Positions 1-8,886 of a stretch of 64,000 nucleotides of DNA are shown here, one piece after another; positions within the stretch are counted from its first letter, which is position 1, and every line of letters starts with the position of its first letter. A model generated the notes under the pieces. The model was not told the origin of the DNA. It saw only the letters and a program-made list of their open reading frames with translations, and searched no databases. The translations under genes and the position numbers were made by a program. This stretch comes from a virus: positions 1 through 64,000 of the IMG/VR virus record IMGVR_UViG_3300032282_001105; one strand, given 5' to 3'.

Positions 1-61
1 CACCCAATGGACTCATCTGTCCTGATTGATTAACTCTAGTAAAGTGTTTTTTGTATGTCAT
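1..61 (-). CDS. Partial CDS (N-terminus MTYKKHFTRVNQSGQMSPLG...) running off the window; possibly portal protein
   Basis: ATG at 61-59 on the minus strand, frame open to the edge, preceded by minus-strand TAAATA (79-84). The N-terminus recalls portal proteins of related phages, from memory; only 20 codons are visible. Confidence 0.4.
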   Translation of the reverse strand, partial: MTYKKHFTRVNQSGQMSPLG

Positions 62-85
62 AATGAAGGTCTATTCAGTATTTAG

Positions 86-2860
86 TTAAACTTTTGAATA
101 CTGCAATAATTCACTTTGTATACTATTGCTATCAGACTGGGCGTCAATCAAGGTATCCATTTTAGCAACAAATTCTCTCATTAAGTCAACTAGTTCGCTA
201 TTATCAACTGGGGCGGCATTGCTACCAAACATATCCCCTGCAGGAGTATTAGCTAGCTTATCTAATATTGAATCTTTAGTTAGTCGTTTAATAAGTTCAT
301 TACCGTGTAACGTAGCTGAGTATCCAGATTCTGGCCCTTCTGCAATACCTTCTAGGCTAGCACTAACTTTGCCACTATCTCTTAATAAACTAACAACAGT
401 TGGTGCCCTATTACCTACTTGCCCGTACCATTTACTTTGTTCTAAGTTTTGTGCGGCACCTTTAGTGTCACCTTCTTCAAGTTGCTTCTTAAGCTTAGGC
501 CATTTACTAATCCAACTTGGGCCCATATTGAATGTCAAATCTGTTAATGCTCCTTGACCTCTACCATCTAGTTTACCAAATCCAGGAATATTCATAGCGG
601 CACTTCTATGGTGAGCATAGTCTTTTTCAAACATTGCCATCACTTCTTCATCACTAAACTCTCTGTTCATTTCAGGTGGTAATGATTTACCATCACCAAT
701 CAAGTGGCCTACACCAACAGTCCATAATCCTAAACTATCCTGGTAAGGTCTATTTCTCTTACCTTCGTGTTTAATAATCATTGCTTTGATTTCTTCGTCA
801 CTCATACCAGCACTACTAACTTTAACTTTTGGTGGGGGCATACCTTTCATATCGTCTGAACTAGCGCCGGTTGCTTTACTAGAAGCGTCTACTCCTCCAC
901 CATCTGTTCCACCACTAGTTAGTACTCCCATATTTTGATACAAACCCATACCTGCACCAACTAAGCCACCTACAACCGCTCCGGCTGCTGTTCCTAAACC
1001 AGGCACTACACTACCTACCATTGCTCCCATACCTGCATAACTTGCGGCTTGACTTGCAATATCTAATCCAGCACCGGTTTTTGCGTGACCTTCACTCTTA
1101 GCATAGTCAGCACCCATACCTAATGCGGCGCCACCTAATGCGGCTGCACCACCTTTTAATAATCCTCCGCCAATCCGTTTCATTGCGCCACCTTTACTAG
1201 GGGCACCTTTACCAGGACCAACATCTCCGGTTCCACTGACAGATTCTATAGCTTTTCCTACAGTTGCTTTTGCGGCCATTGCACCTAATGCAACTGCGGC
1301 TACCCCGGCTGCGGCAGTTAAGGCTGCGGCAGCGGCTGTAGTAGCATTGAATCCTTGCATCAATGGATTTACTGAAGCTACTAAATCATCTAAACCAATC
1401 TTAGCCTTACGCTCAAGTTCAGTTAGTTCATTACGTGCTATTTGTGCCGCATCTTGGGCCGCAACACCTTTATTTAAAGAATTTTCTTGTATCTTATTTC
1501 TTGATTCGGCTGCGGCTGCAACTTCACTCTCTACACCTTCACGTTTATTAATGTAGTCTAATGCTTTTTCATCTAAACCAGTTGCCTTTTTGAAGTCCTC
1601 ACTTAAAGCCAATGACGCTTGATTACCATCAGTCATTGTTTCTGCGGCTTTTTTGTAAGCATCATTAAATTGACCAGATTGATATGTGTTTTCTTTGGCT
1701 GCTTGAATCTGCTTCTCTATATCAACTCCAAGAACTGCAAACTGTGAACTTGCAGGAGTAATAGCTCCTGTTAAATATTGTAACTGAACTGCCGCTGTTT
1801 TAGTAGGATCACCTAACTTAGTAACGTCATTTATAAGTTTGTTAGCACCTTCTTTTTCAGCCTCAATGCGGGCCATTTCTTCTTTGTTACCAGACTCTTG
1901 TGCCGCTTTGAGTTGTTTAGCCCATTTGTTTTCTTGTAATTTCCATTCATAAGTAGCACGTGCTACTTCCATATCCTTCTTGGATTCTTCAATACTCTTA
2001 CCGGTTATAGAACTTAGTTCATATAAGTTTTTAGTATAATCTAATGAAGCTTTTTGTAATCCTGCACTAGTTTTTAGTTGACCGCTTAGTACACCACCGG
2101 AACGTTCCATCATTCCAATATAGTCAGCTTGTGCTTGTATACGTTCTTGGTCATTCAAACCTAAACGTTGAAACTCCATTCTAGTTGTTTTGGTGACAGC
2201 AATCATTTCACCAAATACTTTTACTCCATCAGCAGATGTAGCCCCCAAGCGTGTTAATCCACCGCTCATAGAACTCATTGGCTTTATCATCTTATCTAAT
2301 TGGTCTGATGCTAAGCCTGCATCTATACCCATTTTACGTATACCTTCAGCAGTAAATGAGTTCATTGCACCCATTTTACTAATTGCGTCAGTAGCTTTTA
2401 GTGTGTCATCTGCTTGCTTCAATGCCATCTCGGCAGCTTTAGTAACACCTTTTACTAGTGCGCCGGCTGCTAGCCCAAGTGGACCAAAGTTTTTGCCCCA
2501 AGCTAGTGCGGCACTGCCGGCACTACTCAATGCGTTATTGTATTTTGCAAATTCTCCGGTACCATTTAATAAGGCACTGGCAAAACTATCAAGTGCTTGA
2601 GTACTTTTACTCATAGCTTCATTCAAGTTAGCTTGCCTTCTTTGCATCTCAGTTTTAGCAAAAGCATCTGCTTGTTGACGTTCAGTACCTTCTTTAAGAG
2701 ATTTGTTATATTTGTCTAATCCGTCTTTGACTGTAGTGGTTCCAGCGGCTATTCCACCTACTTGACTTAAACCCTGCATAACGGTTGGCAAAATTCTAGC
2801 CATATCGTTCAATGACTCATTTATTTGATTAAGTGCATTTTGATCTAAATTTTCTGCCAT
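86..2860 (-). CDS. Tail tape-measure / baseplate-hub-like protein with C-terminal phage lysozyme (GH24-like) domain
   Basis: Long Ala/Gln/Lys helical region, hydrophobic and glycine-zipper segments (GMGAMVGSVVPGLGTAAGAVVGG), lysozyme motif IIKHEGKRNRPYQDSLGLWTVGVGHLI...LTFNMG...SKWYGQVGNR; lies divergent from a gp26-like gene. Confidence 0.8.
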   Translation of the reverse strand: MAENLDQNALNQINESLNDMARILPTVMQGLSQVGGIAAGTTTVKDGLDKYNKSLKEGTERQQADAFAKTEMQRRQANLNEAMSKSTQALDSFASALLNGTGEFAKYNNALSSAGSAALAWGKNFGPLGLAAGALVKGVTKAAEMALKQADDTLKATDAISKMGAMNSFTAEGIRKMGIDAGLASDQLDKMIKPMSSMSGGLTRLGATSADGVKVFGEMIAVTKTTRMEFQRLGLNDQERIQAQADYIGMMERSGGVLSGQLKTSAGLQKASLDYTKNLYELSSITGKSIEESKKDMEVARATYEWKLQENKWAKQLKAAQESGNKEEMARIEAEKEGANKLINDVTKLGDPTKTAAVQLQYLTGAITPASSQFAVLGVDIEKQIQAAKENTYQSGQFNDAYKKAAETMTDGNQASLALSEDFKKATGLDEKALDYINKREGVESEVAAAAESRNKIQENSLNKGVAAQDAAQIARNELTELERKAKIGLDDLVASVNPLMQGFNATTAAAAALTAAAGVAAVALGAMAAKATVGKAIESVSGTGDVGPGKGAPSKGGAMKRIGGGLLKGGAAALGGAALGMGADYAKSEGHAKTGAGLDIASQAASYAGMGAMVGSVVPGLGTAAGAVVGGLVGAGMGLYQNMGVLTSGGTDGGGVDASSKATGASSDDMKGMPPPKVKVSSAGMSDEEIKAMIIKHEGKRNRPYQDSLGLWTVGVGHLIGDGKSLPPEMNREFSDEEVMAMFEKDYAHHRSAAMNIPGFGKLDGRGQGALTDLTFNMGPSWISKWPKLKKQLEEGDTKGAAQNLEQSKWYGQVGNRAPTVVSLLRDSGKVSASLEGIAEGPESGYSATLHGNELIKRLTKDSILDKLANTPAGDMFGSNAAPVDNSELVDLMREFVAKMDTLIDAQSDSNSIQSELLQYSKV

Positions 2861-2871
2861 GTTTTTTACCC

Positions 2872-2895
2872 ACTAAATATTATGTAGTATTTAGT
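2872..2895. promoter_or_regulatory. Overlapping pair of oppositely oriented late-promoter-like motifs (ACTAAATA-N8-TATTTAGT)
   Basis: TAAATA at 2874-2879 (+) and 2888-2893 (-) form an inverted repeat between divergent structural genes; resembles the T4 gp55 consensus TATAAATA. Confidence 0.65.
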
Positions 2896-2930
2896 ATTGG
2901 GCAAACGCCCGTTTTTAATCAAGGACAACA

Positions 2931-3761
2931 ATGACTATACAAAACAACCCACTAAAGCAATATTTCCGTAGACCTTCAATTTATTTGAAACTACCTAGCG
3001 GTGGTAAAATGTATGCACCTGGTGTAGTAAATATTCCAGAATCCGGTGAGCTTCCTGTATACCCGATGACAGCGATTGATGAAATTACTTCAAAGACTCC
3101 GGATGCGTTATATAACGGTACTGCAATGTCTGATATTATAAAAAGCTGTATACCTGATATCAAAGATCCGTGGGCCATTAATAGTGTTGATTTAGATGCA
3201 GTATTGATTGCAATACGTTCGGCTGCGGATGGTAACGATATGTCTATCACATCTGGATGCCCTAGCTGTAAAGAAATTGCAGAATATGCAGTAAATTTAG
3301 TGGGAATTTTAAGTCAATTGAGGGCAGCCGACTATGATAAAGAGTTGACTATAAATGACTTATCTATAAAGTTTAGACCATTAACTTATAAAGAAATAAA
3401 TGAAGCCGGTACTAGTCAAATGGAAGCCCAACGAATTTTTATAAGTTTAGAAAAAGAAGAAAATGAACAAGTTAGAATGGAAAAAACTCAACAGGCTTTA
3501 AAATATATCACTGAAATAACAATGAATATATTATCAAAAACTATTACACATATTAAAACTCCCTCAGCATTTGTAGAAGAAATTGAATATATTTTAGATT
3601 TCTTGCATAACTGTGATAAGGACACCTATATTGCTATTAGAGATTATAATACAAATTTAAAAGCACAGGCTGAAATTAAACCATTAAAAATTAAATGTAT
3701 TCATTGCCAACACGAATATGAACAGCAGTTTACATTGAATACATCCGATTTTTTCGGATGA
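2931..3761 (+). CDS. gp26: Baseplate hub subunit/chaperone, T4 gp26-like
   Basis: NPLKQYFRRP..YLKLPS.G, PMTAIDE, D..LIAIR, two CxxC pairs (CPSC, CIHC), C-terminal DFFG; RBS AGGA. Confidence 0.7.
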   Translation: MTIQNNPLKQYFRRPSIYLKLPSGGKMYAPGVVNIPESGELPVYPMTAIDEITSKTPDALYNGTAMSDIIKSCIPDIKDPWAINSVDLDAVLIAIRSAADGNDMSITSGCPSCKEIAEYAVNLVGILSQLRAADYDKELTINDLSIKFRPLTYKEINEAGTSQMEAQRIFISLEKEENEQVRMEKTQQALKYITEITMNILSKTITHIKTPSAFVEEIEYILDFLHNCDKDTYIAIRDYNTNLKAQAEIKPLKIKCIHCQHEYEQQFTLNTSDFFG

Positions 3762-3985
3762 AGCTTCTACACCTTGACCACGAGGGTGTAAAGAAGCTGA
3801 TAGATAATATGGAAGAAGAGTGTGCCGGTATTAAGAAAAATGCTCTTAGTATGAGTTGGTATATGAGAGGTGGTGTAACATATGAAGATGTGTTAAATAT
3901 GTCCTCTGAGGAAAGAGCAGAAATTAAGAAAATTATTGATAGCAATCTGGAAGTTACTAAGAAATCACAGATGCCATTCTTCTAA
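3758..3985 (+). CDS. Small baseplate hub assembly protein (gp51-like)
   Basis: ATGA overlap with the gp26-like gene; W.MRGG.TYEDVLNMS.EER motif; position matches the gp26-gp51 pair. Confidence 0.55.
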   Translation: MKLLHLDHEGVKKLIDNMEEECAGIKKNALSMSWYMRGGVTYEDVLNMSSEERAEIKKIIDSNLEVTKKSQMPFF

Positions 3986-4040
3986 TCAAACCCGTAACTG
4001 TTCATTTATCACATCGGGTTATTATATTGTTTCTTTGTAA

Positions 4041-4082
4041 AGATGAACTTCGTTCATCTAAGAACTCACTTCGTTCGTTCTT
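4041..4082. repeat. Two abutting hairpins sharing an AC-GAA-GT core (minus-strand sense)
   Basis: AGATGAAC-TTC-GTTCATCT (4041-4059) and AAGAAtype stem AAGAAC-tc-AC-TTC-GT-tc-GTTCTT (4060-4082), followed by an AT-rich tract. Confidence 0.85.
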
Positions 4083-4124
4083 ATTGTTTACGGTTATCTA
4101 TTGTTTTTTATTCTAATTTTAATA

Positions 4125-4492
4125 CGGACTATATTGCCGCTTTGAAGCCATGGTAGTGCTAATCAGCACTACCAATGGTAAAGGTTGTTTGCACGCCCGT
4201 CATCCAGTGTTATCTATTCCCCACTTAGTCAGCTATTTGATGCTACTAAATGCTACCGGTTGCTCTGTAAAGTATATGGGATTGTAGTTGAATTTACGCA
4301 CTTTATTGTGTTTCATTCAGCAACGCACATTCTATTGATTCAAGATAAAATATCAATAGACTTGTTGAAGGTTCGCTTTGTCGATTGCCTTCTCGGTATT
4401 CCGTGTATATCGCTATACACGCTTACTCCAGATCCGTCAGCACAGCACAATCTGTACAAACTCAAGGAGGTCTCCCAACGGAGACAACAAAT
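4125..4492 (-). ncRNA. Putative structured non-coding RNA, family not recognised
   Basis: Non-coding and visibly GC-richer than its flanks. Stems at 4470-4485, 4402-4421 (GCGA GNRA loop on minus), 4367-4392, 4331-4360, 4222-4252 (G-U pair only on minus) and 4151-4174 (10 bp). Boundaries are approximate. Confidence 0.6.
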
Positions 4493-4504
4493 TTTTACTA
4501 TAAA

Positions 4505-5071
4505 TTAGGTATTGATTGTGAGGATGTTGTTATTTGTAACAGTTTGATTTGACGTGGTGTCTATTGAGCCTGAATATGTTTTTAATAATTGACTGTTATG
4601 TATAAAGAAACTGTCAAATTCTGTTATTATCCAATCACCATTTTTGGGACTAGTATAATATAAGAAATTGTCAGTAACCCAAGTATGCTTGCTTTCTACG
4701 GCAATATATCGACCTTTACGATTGAACTTCATAAAAAGAATATTACAATCGTCAGGATCGGCTACATCCATGAGTTGTTCTAGCCAAGCATCTATTACTT
4801 TACATTCCCCTGAAAGTAATAAATGAAATGGAAAATCAGCATAAAACTTACATTCTACATTCATCTTAGTAAAAGTCTGTCCAGGAACAATGTCCCCTTT
4901 GAAACTTCTAATCTGACCTTCGTGTAGTATTTGGGTTCTTGACTGATTTTTGCCACCGATGTAAGCACCTGAACCGGGAGCACGAATGAATGATTCACCG
5001 TACTTCTCTGAAAGATATTTAGCAATTTCTCGCTCAAAACCGGAACCTTTTGCTTTTTGTGGACTTGGCAT
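4505..5071 (-). CDS. PD-(D/E)xK nuclease, Holliday-junction-resolvase-like (Hjc type)
   Basis: KAKGSGFERE, R.PGSGA, GDI...VECK catalytic pattern; lies downstream of gp46/gp47. Confidence 0.75.
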   Translation of the reverse strand: MPSPQKAKGSGFEREIAKYLSEKYGESFIRAPGSGAYIGGKNQSRTQILHEGQIRSFKGDIVPGQTFTKMNVECKFYADFPFHLLLSGECKVIDAWLEQLMDVADPDDCNILFMKFNRKGRYIAVESKHTWVTDNFLYYTSPKNGDWIITEFDSFFIHNSQLLKTYSGSIDTTSNQTVTNNNILTINT

Positions 5072-5076
5072 ACTAC

Positions 5077-5084
5077 TACTTATC
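5077..5084 (-). promoter_or_regulatory. Late-promoter-like GATAAGTA 5 nt upstream of the resolvase ATG
   Basis: Same variant motif as at 22700; no Shine-Dalgarno fits between the motif and the ATG. Confidence 0.5.
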
Positions 5085-5111
5085 GTTAATTTCTCTTGTT
5101 ATAATTTATTG

Positions 5112-6215
5112 TTAATTCGTTAAAAATCCAACAGCATAATCCTCAGTAACCAATGAACAATTGCATTTCTGTTCACATTCTACCCAGGCTTTTGATTTAT
5201 TATCAAAACTGTCAAATAAATGAGACCAAATGTCATCATTCAATACTTCTTCTAAGGATCTGTTGTATAAATTGAGTTTATCTCTGTATACCTGATGAAA
5301 ACTATCTTCGAATTTTATTGTTTTTCTATCTGTTTGTAAAGATACATATGGGTAACTAACCCAACTGCAAGGATGTATCACACCATCAGCACTTACATAT
5401 AAACCACGATTACCAATGGTACACATTGGGGTAACCATTTTATAATAAGTGTTTGACATACGTTTGTATAATTTCATATTGTGACTCATATAATCTTCGT
5501 TGTGTTGTTCTCTACCTGAAATATTTCTAAAATGTCTTTCATATCTATGTGTCTTGCTAATAAATTCTATTCTAGGTTCAAGTGAATCACTTTCTCCGCC
5601 ATACGCTTCTCCATACTTACTACCAAATTTAGTACTGTAGGTTAATTGTACCCCATCACATCCCATTTCTTTTGCTTGATTGTGTATATCTTCTAAATGG
5701 TCTTGATTAAATGAAAATACAATAGTAGCCCAATATACAAATGCTGAACTTTTCTTGCACATAATATCCATACCTTGCATTATGGAATCCCAATTACTAC
5801 CTACACGATATAAATTATTAGACGTTTGGTCATATCCATCAATGCTAAAATTCACAGTATCATACTCATTGCTAATACTGGCAAACCGTTCCCACCATTC
5901 AGCTTTTCTATAACTACCATTTGTAATTGTAAACACGTGTATCTTTGGATTGTGAGTCTTAATGTATTCTACAATATCTAAATATTGACTAGCATAGATT
6001 GGATCACCTACATCACCGCACATTGTAATACGTTTAACCTGTGTCTTTAATAACTCAGGTGGCAATACTTTTTGAAAAAAATCTAATGTTAATTCTTTAT
6101 TCATCCAAGGCACGGGAGCTGTATCATTTCTGGGACAGCGTGGACATTTGAGTGTACACTTACCACTTACTTCAAAATGCCAATGATATAATTGCCAAGG
6201 ATATCTTAACTTCAT
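5112..6215 (-). CDS. Radical SAM enzyme with C-terminal SPASM/Twitch domain
   Basis: CTLKCPRC, CGDVGDP, TNG, FSIDG; C-terminal C.IGNRGLYVSADG.IHPC...CEQKC. Confidence 0.9.
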   Translation of the reverse strand: MKLRYPWQLYHWHFEVSGKCTLKCPRCPRNDTAPVPWMNKELTLDFFQKVLPPELLKTQVKRITMCGDVGDPIYASQYLDIVEYIKTHNPKIHVFTITNGSYRKAEWWERFASISNEYDTVNFSIDGYDQTSNNLYRVGSNWDSIMQGMDIMCKKSSAFVYWATIVFSFNQDHLEDIHNQAKEMGCDGVQLTYSTKFGSKYGEAYGGESDSLEPRIEFISKTHRYERHFRNISGREQHNEDYMSHNMKLYKRMSNTYYKMVTPMCTIGNRGLYVSADGVIHPCSWVSYPYVSLQTDRKTIKFEDSFHQVYRDKLNLYNRSLEEVLNDDIWSHLFDSFDNKSKAWVECEQKCNCSLVTEDYAVGFLTN

Positions 6216-6817
6216 GGTGCAATCTCTATAAACTTAATAGAATTATCAAATAATACTTCTACTAATTGTGTAACAACTTCATCTACTGTTAAGTGCGGGT
6301 TTGAGTATATGTCATTAAACCGTTCTTCGTGCCCTTTATATCTACTACGATTGAAATTTGTTTTTGTCAAACCTAATCTAACTTCTAATATGTTTGCTTT
6401 AGGATACTCTACTTGAAGCATATTAGTAAATGACTCTAACGCTTTCTTGGTCAAACTATATGCTAAATTGTTTGCATAATATTTTTTGTTATTAGTGCTG
6501 GTAACGTTAACAATCTTACAATTTATGTTATTTTTTAATGCTTTCTGTGATAGTAATACGGGTGCAACTAAATTAGTATTAATAATGTTAACAATCTCAT
6601 TAGTATTATGTTTTGTAAACTCTATCTTACCACCTATATCAGTGCCAGCACAATTAATCAACATATCAACTGTTGGCATAACAAAATTAGAAACTTGTTC
6701 TGTGTTGGACAAGTCTAACTCGGATCTAGATAATCCTACAACCGTATAAGATTTAGATAAAGACAACATTAGTCCTTGCCCTACTCCACTAGATGACCCT
6801 GTAATTAATATGTTCAT
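6212..6817 (-). CDS. Short-chain dehydrogenase/reductase (SDR)
   Basis: TGSSSGVG cofactor motif, LINCAG, catalytic YSLTK (YxxxK). Confidence 0.9.
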   Translation of the reverse strand: MNILITGSSSGVGQGLMLSLSKSYTVVGLSRSELDLSNTEQVSNFVMPTVDMLINCAGTDIGGKIEFTKHNTNEIVNIINTNLVAPVLLSQKALKNNINCKIVNVTSTNNKKYYANNLAYSLTKKALESFTNMLQVEYPKANILEVRLGLTKTNFNRSRYKGHEERFNDIYSNPHLTVDEVVTQLVEVLFDNSIKFIEIAP

Positions 6818-8886
6818 TCGATATCAACCGCATTGCTATAACTTGTAAAGCCGTTTTCTTTAACAACTTTCAATACATTAGGCACACGCCCTGCTAGTTC
6901 TTCTCTGTGTGATACAAGCCAAATACTTTTCTGTCGTCTACGTGACATATCTTTGAGAATTGCTAAACTGTTCTCAACACCCATTGTGTCAAGACCACTG
7001 TCAATCAACTCGTCAATAAACAATGTGTTGATCGGTGAATACAATGATTCCCACACATCACGGAAAGCAAAACTCAAACCAAGAATCAATCGGTTGCGTT
7101 CACCACGACTTAAATTATCAAAGTCAAGTTCACGACCCAATTCTGTAATCTCAACCTGCAAGTCATTCTTAAAGATAACCTGATGCGGTAGACCAATCTT
7201 ATCTAAGTAATGAGTCAATCGTGCGTTTAGATAACTCAAGTTCTGGTCAATAATCTTCTTACGAACAAAACTATCTTTGCTAGTTAACAAATCTAACAAG
7301 AATTTTTGATGTTCCATTGTACGTGTCAATCTATTGATAGCTTCAAAGTCAATAGCTTGTAGTGCTTGCGTTTCCATCTCAACTACTTGTTCGCTATATG
7401 GATCCGTCTCTTGTGACTTGTTGTCAATCTGATTTAGAATGTTTGCAATCTCACTTGAATGTTTGACTGCTTCTGCTTCTGTATCATAATGAGTAACCGG
7501 TTGAGGACCTAACTCAATAGATGTTAACTCGCTGAGTTGTTCTCTAAATGGATTAGATTCTTGTTTCTTATCTTCCCATATTTTCTTCAAGTTAGACACA
7601 TCACCACTATGACGAATAGCTTCTGCTTCGGTATTATATGTTGGAGTAGGCTTAGGCCCTAATTCAGTAACCAATGACTGATTGATTGACAATTGACTTT
7701 CAAGTTCAGCCAACTCAGCACGGGCATTCTCAAGTACTGTAGTCTTTTCTAATGTAACTTCTAAATGTTTATCATCGTGGAAGTCTTGACCACAAGCATA
7801 ACATTTATGATCCTCAAGTTCTTTAACTTCCCGAACCAATTTGTCAATTAATTTTTTTTCTTTTGCAATACTTTTGGTTAGGGTATCAATTATTGTTGCT
7901 ATAGATTTTTGTTCAGCGGCATCGTGTAGCCAATCTTTTAAGTCACTCCACGCTTTAAGTTCAGCTTCAATGTCATATGCATTTTTAAGTGAGTAGGCTT
8001 TATGTGCTACTGAAACGTCACTGTCATGTTTTTGTTGCCAAGCGGTAGAACGAGCAACTAACGCATTGTATGCATCTTGCTGTTCTTTCTGTTTAGTCCA
8101 AACGTTTAAATCTTTATGTGCTTGTAACTCTACTTCAATGTTAATTTTACTTAGTTCATCATACTGTAGTGCAAGACTGGTTAAGTCTTCATCGTGCTTC
8201 TTCAACCATAATGTCTGTCTGCGTTTCAATGCATCAATCTGTTCCTTGACACGTTTGTTAGCTTCTTCAATAGCTTTAACTCTAAAATCTTCTTGTTGAA
8301 TATCATCTTTACTTTTACGAATCATCTCTTTGATGATTTCGGCTTTCTCAGATAACAATGTAATACCCATTAATTGCTCAATGATATCTTTCTGGTCATT
8401 GCTTTTTAATGCCAAGAATGGTTCACTGTAAGTATTCAATACGACAATGTGACGGAACATATCGGCTGACATATTGATAACTTTTTCAATTGCTGCCTGT
8501 GTTTCTTTGTTCTCACCTTGTTGATCCTCAGAAGCTTTATCCTGAATATCATTTACATAGAATTTAAGAATGTTTGGCTTACGACCACGCTCAATCTTAT
8601 AGTTTGTACCATTGACATTGAACGTCAATGTAACCATCATACTTTTACCATTTGTACGATTAACTAAGTTATCTTTACGAATGTTATTAATGGGTGTACC
8701 AAACAATGCATAACTAAGACCCTGAATCAGGGTTGTCTTACCTGTACCATTACGAGCACCGTCACCTCCTAAGTCTAAGTTCTCACCTAGAATTAATGTT
8801 AAGTCTTTCTTGTCAAAGTCTACTGCTTGTGTGACTGCACCGATACTTAAAAAATTGCGTAATGTAATGTCTTGTAATGTAATCAT
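6814..8886 (-). CDS. gp46: Recombination ATPase subunit, Rad50/SbcC-like (T4 gp46)
   Basis: Walker A NGTGKTT, coiled coil with CYAC zinc hook, signature LSRGE, Walker B FIDELID, H-loop VSH. Confidence 0.95.
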   Translation of the reverse strand: MITLQDITLRNFLSIGAVTQAVDFDKKDLTLILGENLDLGGDGARNGTGKTTLIQGLSYALFGTPINNIRKDNLVNRTNGKSMMVTLTFNVNGTNYKIERGRKPNILKFYVNDIQDKASEDQQGENKETQAAIEKVINMSADMFRHIVVLNTYSEPFLALKSNDQKDIIEQLMGITLLSEKAEIIKEMIRKSKDDIQQEDFRVKAIEEANKRVKEQIDALKRRQTLWLKKHDEDLTSLALQYDELSKINIEVELQAHKDLNVWTKQKEQQDAYNALVARSTAWQQKHDSDVSVAHKAYSLKNAYDIEAELKAWSDLKDWLHDAAEQKSIATIIDTLTKSIAKEKKLIDKLVREVKELEDHKCYACGQDFHDDKHLEVTLEKTTVLENARAELAELESQLSINQSLVTELGPKPTPTYNTEAEAIRHSGDVSNLKKIWEDKKQESNPFREQLSELTSIELGPQPVTHYDTEAEAVKHSSEIANILNQIDNKSQETDPYSEQVVEMETQALQAIDFEAINRLTRTMEHQKFLLDLLTSKDSFVRKKIIDQNLSYLNARLTHYLDKIGLPHQVIFKNDLQVEITELGRELDFDNLSRGERNRLILGLSFAFRDVWESLYSPINTLFIDELIDSGLDTMGVENSLAILKDMSRRRQKSIWLVSHREELAGRVPNVLKVVKENGFTSYSNAVDIE

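Noticed and set aside
126-2600. Plus-strand ORFs 126-557, 1347-1556, 2190-2600 and the many other short antisense or alternate-frame ORFs in the track
   Set aside because: They lie within well-supported longer genes and have no RBS or recognisable motifs; they are shadow ORFs.
4125-4492. Group I intron, tRNA, tmRNA or RNase P identity for the structured region
   Set aside because: No interrupted CDS, no cloverleaf or CCA end, and no recognisable conserved core by eye; a covariance-model search is needed to exclude these formally.
4185-4508. 107-aa plus-strand ORF
   Set aside because: TTG start, no clear RBS, atypical composition; overlaps dense stem-loops better explained by a minus-strand RNA.
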